DNA from: Sandaracinaceae bacterium
GTDB taxonomy: Bacteria > Myxococcota_A > Polyangia > Polyangiales > Sandaracinaceae
NCBI GenBank assembly: GCA_044220955.1
Contig: JBGAQA010000025.1
Location: 19,762 to 83,761, forward strand
Length of the DNA: 64,000 bases
Direction of reading: 5' to 3'
In this document: one piece after another, positions 10,770-21,093 of the stretch
Position numbering within the stretch: the first letter of the stretch is position 1
Layout of the letters: every line of letters starts with the position of its first letter
The notes under the pieces: generated by a model
Told to the model about the DNA's origin: nothing
What the model saw: only the letters and a program-made list of their open reading frames with translations
The model's database searches: none
Translations under genes and position numbers: made by a program

Positions 10770-10904
10770 AGCGCTGGCCCGAGCTGCATCGACTCACCCT
10801 CCGGGCCGTCCTGCCCGCAGGCTGCGCCCTCCGGGTCCTCGCGCGAGCCACCCGTCGAATGAACGGCTATTCATTCTTCGGGCATTTGGATTAGGCTGCG
10901 CGCC

Positions 10905-12515
<1,611 letters not shown>

Positions 12516-12524
12516 GGCGACGAA

Positions 12525-12566
12525 CTCCCTCGCCTCACGAGGTGGGGAGAGGGTTGGGGTGAGGGG
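12525..12566. repeat. REP-like element between the carboxylase subunit genes
   Basis: CTCCCTCGCCTC-AC-GAGGTGGGGAG hairpin followed by AGGGTTGGGGTGAGGGG; resembles the CCCCTCACCCCAACCCTCTCCC-type REP family (from memory). Confidence 0.6.
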
Positions 12567-12567
12567 C

Positions 12568-14559
12568 ATGAAAGAGATCCGAAAGCTGCTCGTGGCCAAC
12601 CGCGGCGAGATCGCCGTGCGGATCTTCCGCACCTGCGAGCGGATGGGCATCGCGACGGTCGCGGTGTTCTCCGACGCCGACGCGGGCGCGCTCTTCGTGC
12701 GGCGCGCGGACGAGGCCGTGCGGATCGGGCCCGCCCCCAGCCTCGAGTCGTACCTCGTCGTCGACAAGATCCTCGACGCGGCGAAGAAGACCGGCGCCGA
12801 CGCGATCCACCCCGGCTTCGGATTCCTCTCGGAAAGACCCGAGTTCGTGCAGGCCGTGAACGACGCGGGGCTCACGTTCATCGGGCCCTCGCCGGCGGCG
12901 ATGCGCGCCATGGGACTCAAGCGCGAGGCCAAGCTCACGGCGAAGGCCGCCGGTGTCCCGGTCGTGCCCGGCTACACCGGCACGGACCAGTCGACGGCGG
13001 CGATCGCCGGAGCTTGCGCGGAGATCGGCTACCCCTTGCTGCTCAAGGCCAGCGCGGGCGGCGGCGGGCGCGGCATGCGGATCGTGCGCGCCCGCGAGGA
13101 GCTCGACCTCGCGATCGAGAGCGCCCGGCGCGAGGCCGAGAGCGCGTTCGGCGACGGCACGCTCATCGTGGAGAAGTACGTCGAGCGGCCGAAGCACGTC
13201 GAGATCCAGATCCTCGGCGACACGCACGGCAACGTCGTCCACCTCTTCGAGCGCGAGTGCTCGATCCAGCGGCGCCACCAGAAGATCGTGGAGGAGGCGC
13301 CCTCCCCGCTGCTGACGCCCGAGGTGCGCGCGAGGATGGGCGCCGACGCGGTGAAGCTCGCCAAGAGCTTGAGCTATTCGAACGCGGGCACCGTGGAGCT
13401 CGTGGTGGCCCCGAGCGGGGAGTACTACTTCCTCGAGGTCAACACGCGCCTGCAGGTCGAGCACCCGGTGACCGAGGGCGTGATCGAGGGCCTCGACCTC
13501 GTCGAGGAGCAGATTCGCGTCGCGCGCGGCGAGAGGCTCCGCTTCACGCAGGACGACGTCGCCCGCCGCTGGCGGGGCGCCGCCGTCGAGTGCCGACTCT
13601 GCGCCGAAGATCCGCGCGAGGGCTACCTCCCGCAGAGCGGGCGCGTCGTCGACTTCTCGTTCGACCCGAAGATCGCCGGGCAGGACTGGCTGCGGATCGA
13701 GTCGGCGATCGAGAGCGGTGACGCAGTGCCCGTGCACTACGACTCGATGATCGCCAAGATCATCACGCACGGCGCCACGCGGACCGACGCGATCCAGCGC
13801 ATGCGGCGCGCGCTCGCGGCGCTGAGCGTGCACGGGATCCGCACGAACCAGGAGCTGCTCGAGGCGGTGGTGGTGCACCCCGACTTCGTGAGGGGCGACG
13901 TCGACACGCACTTCCTCGAGCGAGCTGCGGCCGATCTGCTCCCGGAGCGCCCCTCGCTGCTGGCGCGTGCAGCCATCGCAGCCGCGCTGCACGCGGACAG
14001 GACGCGAACGCCGGCCGTCACGCCCCACGTCCCGAGCGGCTGGCGCATCAACCGCTACGCGCCCGAGCGCTCGAGCTGGGCCGAGGGAGCGAAGAAGGTC
14101 GAGGTCGGGCTCGTTCGCGAGCGCGATGGATCGTTCGTCGTGACCGCCATGGGCGACGACATGCACCTCGATCGCGTGCGCGTCGTGAAGACGGGGACGA
14201 GCGAGATCGTCCTCGAGGGCTCCGACGGCCGCGTGACACACGCGCGCATCGTGCTCGACGGCGATCGCGTGTTCGTCCGCTTGGAAGGGCGCTCCCTCGC
14301 GCTCACCGCGCTCGCGCACTTCCCCGACCGGGACGCGGACGCGGCGGTCGACGGCTGCGTCGCGCCCATGCCCGGCAAGATCCTCAAGGTGCTCGTCACC
14401 CCGGGCGCGGCCGTGAAGGCCGGCGAGACGCTCGTGGTCATGGAGGCGATGAAGATGGAGCACGCCGTGAAGGCGCCACACGACGGGATCGCGAAAGACG
14501 TCCGCGCGACGGCCGGCACGCAGGTCGACGGCGGCGCGCTCCTCGTCGTCGTCGAGTGA
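12568..14559 (+). CDS. Acyl-CoA carboxylase, biotin carboxylase/biotin carrier (alpha) subunit
   Basis: LVANRGEIA, HPGFGFLSE, GGGGRGMR, ERECSIQRRHQK, EVNTRLQVEH; EAMKM biotinylation motif. Confidence 0.95.
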   Translation: MKEIRKLLVANRGEIAVRIFRTCERMGIATVAVFSDADAGALFVRRADEAVRIGPAPSLESYLVVDKILDAAKKTGADAIHPGFGFLSERPEFVQAVNDAGLTFIGPSPAAMRAMGLKREAKLTAKAAGVPVVPGYTGTDQSTAAIAGACAEIGYPLLLKASAGGGGRGMRIVRAREELDLAIESARREAESAFGDGTLIVEKYVERPKHVEIQILGDTHGNVVHLFERECSIQRRHQKIVEEAPSPLLTPEVRARMGADAVKLAKSLSYSNAGTVELVVAPSGEYYFLEVNTRLQVEHPVTEGVIEGLDLVEEQIRVARGERLRFTQDDVARRWRGAAVECRLCAEDPREGYLPQSGRVVDFSFDPKIAGQDWLRIESAIESGDAVPVHYDSMIAKIITHGATRTDAIQRMRRALAALSVHGIRTNQELLEAVVVHPDFVRGDVDTHFLERAAADLLPERPSLLARAAIAAALHADRTRTPAVTPHVPSGWRINRYAPERSSWAEGAKKVEVGLVRERDGSFVVTAMGDDMHLDRVRVVKTGTSEIVLEGSDGRVTHARIVLDGDRVFVRLEGRSLALTALAHFPDRDADAAVDGCVAPMPGKILKVLVTPGAAVKAGETLVVMEAMKMEHAVKAPHDGIAKDVRATAGTQVDGGALLVVVE

Positions 14560-14581
14560 GCCCTCGGAACGCGAGGTCTCG

Positions 14582-14780
14582 GCCCGTCGGGCTGCCTCTC
14601 GGATCTGGAGCTCGATCCACGACGACGACGAGGGACGAGGCGCGTTGCGCCTGGGCTACGAGGTCGCGATCACCGACTGGGTGATCCTCGGCCTGGCGTT
14701 CGAGACCGACTTCGACTCGATCGCCGAGGGCCTGCTCGTGGAGATCGCGAGCCCCGAGCTCATGGTTCGACTACTGGCCC
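14582..14780 (+). pseudogene. Possible remnant of an outer-membrane beta-barrel gene (C-terminal strands)
   Basis: Intergenic frame reads GRGALRLGYEVAITDWVILGLAFETDF...PELMVRLL with gene-like codon usage and amphipathic strands, but has no convincing start or signal peptide. Confidence 0.3.
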
Positions 14781-15934
14781 GACATCGCCGACTGGACGCT
14801 CGCGGCGGGCGCGCGGCTCTCGATCTGAGCGGGCGGGCACGACGCGGGCTCGGCGGGCCGCGCCTCGTGCGAACGGAACATCACGAGGTCGGCCGGGTCG
14901 ACGTCGTTCTCGGTGCCGTCCGACCAGTGGATGCGCAGAACGTCCGTGATCGAGAGGACGACGCCGTCGTACACCGTGTCGCCCCAGAGCGCCTCGACCG
15001 CGTCGCCGACGCGCAGCGGGACCCGCACGAGCGAGGCGACCTCGACGGTGCGCGGGGTGCCGTCGGAGCCGAGGACGGTCGCGTGCGTCCCCTCGCAGGC
15101 CAGGATGCGGCCGACGCGCACGCGCGCGCCCTCGTCGACGAGCACCGTGCGGCTCGGGCAGCCGCTCACGCTCCCGCTCGCCGCGCCCTCGACGGACACC
15201 ACGTCGGTGAGCTCGATCCACTGCTCGCTCTCGTCCTCCCAGCGCGCGCGCACGAGCGAGTCGCGCGTGGCCAAGATCACGGCCGGATAGGGCGAGCCGC
15301 TCCAGAGCGCCATGACGTGGTCGCCCGCGCGCACGCGCAGCGGGTGCAGGTCCGCGCGCGGCACGCGCACGTCGGTTCCGTCCGCGAACATCACGTGCGC
15401 GGTGCTCCCCGAGCAGTCGGCCAGCATGCCCGCGCGCAGCCGCGGCGTGCTCTCGAGCAGCACGATGTGCTCGAGCGGCGTCGGCGCAGGCGCAGGCGGC
15501 GTGAGGGCGGGCGGAGGCGGAGGCGCCACCTCCGGCGCCGGGGGCCCGTGGTGCAGGCGCGCGAGCACGTCGCCGATCGGGAGGATCGCGGACGCACCGC
15601 CGATCTCGACCTCGACGAAGTCGTCCATGGAGCGCGCGATGGCCGCAGTCAGGACCTGGCCGCTCTGGCGCACCAGCACCCAGGTCCCCGGCACGAGGCT
15701 CGCGCCCCCGAGCGCCGACTCGGCGACCCACACCTCGCGTCCGTCGTGCGTGCGGAGGGGCACGAGGGTCCCCTCGGTGGCGCCTGTCGTCTCGGCGAGC
15801 GTGTCGGCCTCCTCGCCGGGGATCACCACGCGGCGCGTCTCGGCGCGCGAGGGCATCTGGGCGGGCGGGAACACCGTACATGCCGTCAGAAACAGCAGAA
15901 GCAGCGTGGCGAGGCGTTCCAGGCGGGTGATCAT
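14771..15934 (-). CDS. Lipoprotein with tandem Tudor/Agenet/SH3-like beta domains
   Basis: Lipobox-like FLTAC; repeated units such as AGDHVMALWSGSPYPAVI...RWED and VGDAVEALWGDTVYDGVV...HWSDG. Confidence 0.7.
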   Translation of the reverse strand: MITRLERLATLLLLFLTACTVFPPAQMPSRAETRRVVIPGEEADTLAETTGATEGTLVPLRTHDGREVWVAESALGGASLVPGTWVLVRQSGQVLTAAIARSMDDFVEVEIGGASAILPIGDVLARLHHGPPAPEVAPPPPPALTPPAPAPTPLEHIVLLESTPRLRAGMLADCSGSTAHVMFADGTDVRVPRADLHPLRVRAGDHVMALWSGSPYPAVILATRDSLVRARWEDESEQWIELTDVVSVEGAASGSVSGCPSRTVLVDEGARVRVGRILACEGTHATVLGSDGTPRTVEVASLVRVPLRVGDAVEALWGDTVYDGVVLSITDVLRIHWSDGTENDVDPADLVMFRSHEARPAEPASCPPAQIESRAPAASVQSAMSGQ

Positions 15935-16028
15935 CGAGGGTCTGACGCCGGGCCGGCGCGAAAGTTTTGGCCGGGCGTCACGCACGCAATTGTGTCGGCT
16001 CGCCCCTCCGGGCGCTACCGTCCGCGCC

Positions 16029-16844
16029 CTATTTGGCGAGCACTCCGGTGGCGCGCGCCATCTCCGCGATGCAGAGGCTGCCGGCGATGCCGACGTTGAG
16101 GGACTCGATCTTGCCGGACCCCGGGATCGCCAGGACGGCATCACACGCAGCGCGCACCGCGGGAGACAGCCCCTCGCGCTCGTGACCCAGCACGAGGACC
16201 GTCGGAGCGGCGAACGGGTAGCCGAAGAGGCTTTCCGTCGCGTCGCTCTCGCCGCCGACCACGCGCAGGCCGCGACCGCGCAGGCGCCCGAGCGTGTCGG
16301 CGAGGTCCGTCGTGCGCGCGAGGCGCAGGTGCTCGGCGCCGCCCTCGGCCACGCGCACCGCGTCGGGCGCGAGCGCAGGGTGCGGCGCGATCGCCCCGAG
16401 CAGCGCGCCCTGCATCCCGAAGAACGCCGCGCTCCGCAGGATCGCCCCCACGTTGTAAGGGTTGCGCACGCGGTCGAGCGCGACGGCGAACCCGCGGGCT
16501 CGGATCATCGCGTCGGCGAAGTCGGCGATCGAGGACCACTTGCGCGGGCTGGCCTGCACGACCAGCCCCTCGTGGTGCGTGCTCGCCGACACGCGTGCCA
16601 GCTCGTCCTCCGGAAGCTCGTCGCAGGGCACTCGGTGCGCGGCCGCCCAAGCGGCGAGCGCCTCGACGTCGCGGCGCCGCTCCCGTGCGAAGCCGATGCG
16701 CGCGAGATCTCCCGGGCGCACGTCGAAGACCGCCATCGCGGCGCGGAAGCCGAAGACGATCTCGCCCGCGTCCCTCGGCTTCGCCGGCGGGGGCGCCTCG
16801 TCGCGACGCGCGGGGGGTCGGTCACGCTGGGGCCGCTTCACCAT
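16029..16844 (-). CDS. TrmH/SpoU-family RNA 2'-O-methyltransferase
   Basis: RNPYNVGAILRSA, LVLGHEREGL and IESLNV SPOUT motifs. Confidence 0.93.
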   Translation of the reverse strand: MVKRPQRDRPPARRDEAPPPAKPRDAGEIVFGFRAAMAVFDVRPGDLARIGFARERRRDVEALAAWAAAHRVPCDELPEDELARVSASTHHEGLVVQASPRKWSSIADFADAMIRARGFAVALDRVRNPYNVGAILRSAAFFGMQGALLGAIAPHPALAPDAVRVAEGGAEHLRLARTTDLADTLGRLRGRGLRVVGGESDATESLFGYPFAAPTVLVLGHEREGLSPAVRAACDAVLAIPGSGKIESLNVGIAGSLCIAEMARATGVLAK

Positions 16845-16887
16845 CTCGAGGCGAGACTAGTACGAGTGGAGGCGGCATGCTCCGCCC

Positions 16888-17109
16888 GTGGACGATCGCG
16901 ACCCCACCCTGCTCGACCGCCTCCCGGACGTGCGTGACGGACTCACGCGCCTCGAGCGGGTGATCCTGTGGCAGCTCCAGGTGACCCAGCAGGAGCGTGG
17001 GGACCGGGGTGTCCCGACGGCGATGCTCTACGGCCGCGTCGTCGAGCACGTCGGCGTATCCGTCGAGGAATTCCAGCGGACGCTCGCGCGCCTCGTGAGG
17101 GCGCGATGA
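16888..17109 (+). CDS. Small hypothetical protein with GyrA/ParC-like LPDVRDGL motif
   Basis: 73 aa; LPDVRDGLTRLERVIL; ATGA overlap with the next gene. Confidence 0.7.
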   Translation: MDDRDPTLLDRLPDVRDGLTRLERVILWQLQVTQQERGDRGVPTAMLYGRVVEHVGVSVEEFQRTLARLVRAR

Positions 17110-17756
17110 GCGACGAGGCACTGATCCGCGAAGCGCGGCGCATCCACGCGCGCTACCAGCGCGAGATCGTCGAGGCCTTCGTGCTCTGCCCGTTCGCGGC
17201 CAAGTCCCGCGAGGACGCCACGACCCTCGAGATCGTGCGGACCGAGGCCGAGCCGCACGTCGACGCCGTGCTCGACGACGTCCGGGTGATCCCTGACGAC
17301 GTGGAGGTCGCCTTCGTCATCTTCCCGCGCTGGAGGGTCGAGCGCCGCGCGCTCTCGCGTTTCGTCGAGACGCTGCGAAGCGCACACCAGGCGGGGCCCG
17401 GCGGGCTGGTGATGACGATGGAGGGGTTCCATCCCGACGCCGAGGCCGACGTGTCGTCGGCGGGCTCGCTCGTTCCCTTCCTCCGGCGTACGGCCGACCC
17501 CACCATCCAGCTCACGCGGCTCTCCGTGCTCGAGCGGGTCCGCGCCACCACGGGCGGGACCACGAAGTACGTCGATCCGGCCACCATCGACGTGGCGGCG
17601 CTGCTCGCCGAGCCGCCGGAGCGCTCGCTCCACGAGCGCATCTCGGAGGCCAACTACCGCACCGTGCGCGAGCGGGGCGCCGAGACGATCTCGCGTGTGT
17701 ATGCGGAGATCCGGGCCGATCGCGACGCCAGCTACGCGCGCGCCGAAGCCGAGTGA
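17106..17756 (+). CDS. DUF1415-like protein
   Basis: LCPFA, FHP, RRTADPTIQLTR and I-x-EAN resemble DUF1415 motifs. Confidence 0.6.
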   Translation: MSDEALIREARRIHARYQREIVEAFVLCPFAAKSREDATTLEIVRTEAEPHVDAVLDDVRVIPDDVEVAFVIFPRWRVERRALSRFVETLRSAHQAGPGGLVMTMEGFHPDAEADVSSAGSLVPFLRRTADPTIQLTRLSVLERVRATTGGTTKYVDPATIDVAALLAEPPERSLHERISEANYRTVRERGAETISRVYAEIRADRDASYARAEAE

Positions 17757-17804
17757 CGAGCGCTCGATCGTCGGCAGATCCGTGGCAAACCTCGCATCGG
17801 AGCG

Positions 17805-18827
17805 ATGCCGGTGTCGGTCAACGGACGTCCGCCAGGCGGACACGACGGCTCGGCGTCGGCCCGAGCTCGAGGAGGGCCGACGCTCGCGAGTGCGCCGGGG
17901 AAGGTCATGATCTCGGGGGAGTACGCGGTGCTCTCTGGCGCGAGTGCCCTCGTGCTGGCCGTCGGCGCCCGGGCGACCGCCCGGCTCGACCGCTCGCCCG
18001 CTCGCGCGAGCGGCTCGCCCGCTCCAGCGCCCCTGCCGCCCGAGGTGCTGCTAACCAAGGCAGAGGCCGAGCGTGCGCTGGGCCTGCCGCCGATGGACCT
18101 CACGATCGACACCAGCCCGCTGCGCGAGGGAGATCGCAAGCTCGGACTCGGGTCGTCCGCGGCAGGCGCCGTGGCGGCCGCAGCGGCCGTGTTCGCGTCG
18201 GCGGGCATCGACCCGGCCGGCGCGCGCGAGCAGGTGTTCCGGGCGGCGCTCGCGGGGCACCGCGCGGTCGCTCCGAGCGGCAGCGGTGCGGACGTGGCCG
18301 CTTCGGCGTACGGCGGGCTGCTCGCGTACCGGCGCGAGGGCGACGCGGTCGAGATCGCGCCGAGGTCGATGCCCCGCAGCGTCCGGACGCTCCTCGCGTG
18401 GACCGGGACGCCCGTCCGCACGAGCGAGCTCGTCGATCGCGTCCACGCGCTCGCGGCCCGGGACCCGCGCGCCCACGGCGCCGCGATCGACGGAATCCGT
18501 GACGCGGCGAGCGCGCTCGAGCGGGCGATCACCGGCGACGACGCGGCCGCGATCGTGGACGCCACGCGCGCGCACCACGACGCCATGCGCGCCCTCGGCG
18601 AGCGCGCCGACGCCCCGATCGTGACGCCGGCGCTGGCGCGGCTCGCGGAGATCGCGCGCGCGGCGGGCGGCGCGAGCAAGCCGTCGGGGGCGGGCGGCGG
18701 CGACGTCGCGCTCTTGTTCGTCCCGGAGGCCACGAGCGATGGCGCGCTCGAGGCCGAGCTCGCGCAGCACGGGCTACGCCTCCTCTCGATCACGCTCGGC
18801 GCCGACGGCGCGCGGGCCGAACGCTGA
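17805..18827 (+). CDS. Phosphomevalonate kinase (GHMP kinase family); start uncertain
   Basis: SAPGKVMISGEYAVL, KLGLGSSAA, GSGADVAAS and KPSGAGGGD; adjacent to HMG-CoA reductase. Confidence 0.85.
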   Translation: MPVSVNGRPPGGHDGSASARARGGPTLASAPGKVMISGEYAVLSGASALVLAVGARATARLDRSPARASGSPAPAPLPPEVLLTKAEAERALGLPPMDLTIDTSPLREGDRKLGLGSSAAGAVAAAAAVFASAGIDPAGAREQVFRAALAGHRAVAPSGSGADVAASAYGGLLAYRREGDAVEIAPRSMPRSVRTLLAWTGTPVRTSELVDRVHALAARDPRAHGAAIDGIRDAASALERAITGDDAAAIVDATRAHHDAMRALGERADAPIVTPALARLAEIARAAGGASKPSGAGGGDVALLFVPEATSDGALEAELAQHGLRLLSITLGADGARAER

Positions 18828-18843
18828 CGCAGGAAGAACGTCG

Positions 18844-20139
18844 ATGGTGACCTCGCGAATCCCTGGTTTCTACAAGGTGCCGCTCGACGAGCGGCGCCAG
18901 ATGGCCGCTTCGGTGCTCGGCGTCCCGGTCGCCGAGCTCGACGACGCGCTCGCGCTCGGCGGTCTCTCCGCGCGCACCGCCGACAAGACGATCGAGAACG
19001 TGATCGGCACGTACGCGATGCCCTTCGCGCTCGCCCTCAACGTGCAGATGAACGGGCGCGATCACCTCGTGCCGATGGTGGTCGAGGAGCCGAGCGTCGT
19101 CGCTGCGGCGTCCAACGCGGCGCGGATGATCCGCATGGGAGGCGGATTCTTCGCCGAGGCGGACCGACCGCTGATGATCGCGCAGATCCAGCTCGATCGC
19201 GTGCCCGACGCTGCGCTCGCGGCAGACGCGATCCGCGCAGCCGAGAGGGAGCTCTGCGAGCGGGCCGACGCCGCCGTCCCGAACCTCGTCGCGCGGGGCG
19301 GCGGGGCACGCGGCGTCGAGGCGCGCGATCTTGGCGAGGGCTTCTTCGTCGTGCACGTGCTCGTGGACTGCCGCGACGCGATGGGCGCGAACCTGGTGAA
19401 CAGCGTCGCCGAGGGCGTGGCGGATCGCGTGCGCGAGCTGAGCGGCGGCCGCATGGGTCTGCGCATCCTGTCGAACCTCAACGACCGTCGGATGGTGCGC
19501 GTGCGCGCGACGGTCCCGGTCGAGTCGCTCGCGGCCGAGGGCTTCGCGGGAGCGGAGGTCGCCGACGGAATCGCGCGCGCGTCGCGCTTCGCCGAGCTCG
19601 ATCCGTACCGGGCCGCCACGCACAACAAGGGGATCATGAACGGCATCGATCCCGTGGTGATCGCCACCGGCAACGACTGGCGCGCGGTCGAGGCCGGCGC
19701 GCACGCGTTCGCGGCCACGCGCGGCGTGCGCGGGGGCTACGGGCCACTCTGCACGTGGAAGGTCGACGACGGGGCCCTCGTCGCCGCGATGGAGATGCCG
19801 CTCGCGCTCGGCACGGTGGGCGGCACGCTGCGAGTGCACGATGCCGCGCAGCTGGCGCTCGAGATCGCCGGCGTCGCCTCCGCGACCGAGCTCGCCATGC
19901 TGGCGGCCTCGGTCGGCGTGGCGTCCAACCTGGCGGCGCTCCGCGCGCTCGCGACCGTCGGCATCCAGAAGGGCCACATGGCGCTGCACGCGCGCAGCGT
20001 CGCGATCGCGGCGGGGGCGACCGGCGAGCTCGTCGAGATCGTCGCGATGGAGATCCACGAGGCCGGCTGCGTGACCGTCGAGGCGGCGAGGGCCGCGATC
20101 CTCGCGCGCTCCGGCTCGAGCCTGGTCGCCGCGGAGTAG
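18844..20139 (+). CDS. mvaA: Hydroxymethylglutaryl-CoA reductase, class II
   Basis: IENVIG, EEPSVVAA, DAMGAN, RAATHNKGIMNG and GIQKGHMALH motifs. Confidence 0.95.
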   Translation: MVTSRIPGFYKVPLDERRQMAASVLGVPVAELDDALALGGLSARTADKTIENVIGTYAMPFALALNVQMNGRDHLVPMVVEEPSVVAAASNAARMIRMGGGFFAEADRPLMIAQIQLDRVPDAALAADAIRAAERELCERADAAVPNLVARGGGARGVEARDLGEGFFVVHVLVDCRDAMGANLVNSVAEGVADRVRELSGGRMGLRILSNLNDRRMVRVRATVPVESLAAEGFAGAEVADGIARASRFAELDPYRAATHNKGIMNGIDPVVIATGNDWRAVEAGAHAFAATRGVRGGYGPLCTWKVDDGALVAAMEMPLALGTVGGTLRVHDAAQLALEIAGVASATELAMLAASVGVASNLAALRALATVGIQKGHMALHARSVAIAAGATGELVEIVAMEIHEAGCVTVEAARAAILARSGSSLVAAE

Positions 20140-20194
20140 CGACCGGCCGAGAATGGCGTCGGCTCGCCCCTCCCCGCGGCGAGCGCTCCCGTCG

Positions 20195-20980
20195 TCAGGG
20201 GCGCGTCACGATCACGCGCAGGCGCGTGGCCGCCGTGCCGGTCGGGTACGTCGCCGACGTGACGTGCTGCTCGATGCACTGGCGAAAGGCCGCGTCGCGG
20301 AGCGTGCCCCGGCCGAGCGTCGTGCGCGCGCGGCCGGCCGCGCTGACGGAGACGGAGACGGGCACCGTCCCGTGCTGCACCGTGGTGCACTGCTCGAAGC
20401 CCGCGTGGTTGAACACGTATTGCAGTGCCTCCTGCGAGAGCGCGCCCCGCACCCGATCGACGGCGATCGTGACGGGCAACGCGACCGTCGGCGGCGGAAC
20501 CAGCGGCGTCATGATCGCGGATCCGTGCGGCGAGGTGGTGCTCGTCGCGGCGCTGGGGGGAGGCGGGGGCGGCGCGCTGACGCTGCCCGCGGGCGGCGTG
20601 AACGTCATCACGAAGCGCACCTGCGCACCTCCCTCCGGCGCCTGCGGCGGCAGCGTGAACTCGTGCACGCGATCGTGAGCGCAGGTCTCGAGCGTCGCGT
20701 CGTCGATGTGGGTCTCCGGCGTGACCCGGATGACCTGGCGCGCCGAGACCCAGAGCCTCAGGCGCAGGTCACCGCCGAGCCCCGGGTGCGTCGTGAGCGC
20801 GGCGGCGTAGCAAGTGCGGATCGGCACCACGGCCGTCGCGATCGCGGCGTCGAGCATCGCGCGGTACTCGGCGGGCGGCGGATCCCCGTCGACGGTCAGA
20901 TCGTGGACGACGACCGTCTGCGCCAGCGCGGGCGAGGCGATGCAGAGCGATGCGAGCAGAGCCAGGGCGAGGCGCGGCAT
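20195..20980 (-). CDS. Secreted protein with AgmX/PglI C-terminal (TonB-C-like) domains
   Basis: Signal peptide; IRTCY...PGLGGDL...ETC...FTLP pattern, Pro-rich linker, then a second degenerate copy. Confidence 0.65.
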   Translation of the reverse strand: MPRLALALLASLCIASPALAQTVVVHDLTVDGDPPPAEYRAMLDAAIATAVVPIRTCYAAALTTHPGLGGDLRLRLWVSARQVIRVTPETHIDDATLETCAHDRVHEFTLPPQAPEGGAQVRFVMTFTPPAGSVSAPPPPPPSAATSTTSPHGSAIMTPLVPPPTVALPVTIAVDRVRGALSQEALQYVFNHAGFEQCTTVQHGTVPVSVSVSAAGRARTTLGRGTLRDAAFRQCIEQHVTSATYPTGTAATRLRVIVTRP

Positions 20981-21093
20981 GACGCGTTGGACGTTGCCAC
21001 GCGCCTGCGCTTCATCGCAACCAGCAGGCGCGGGCGTGCTCGGGCGATCCGGCACGACATGGCTTCACCGAGTGTTCTACAGTCTCCGGGTCT

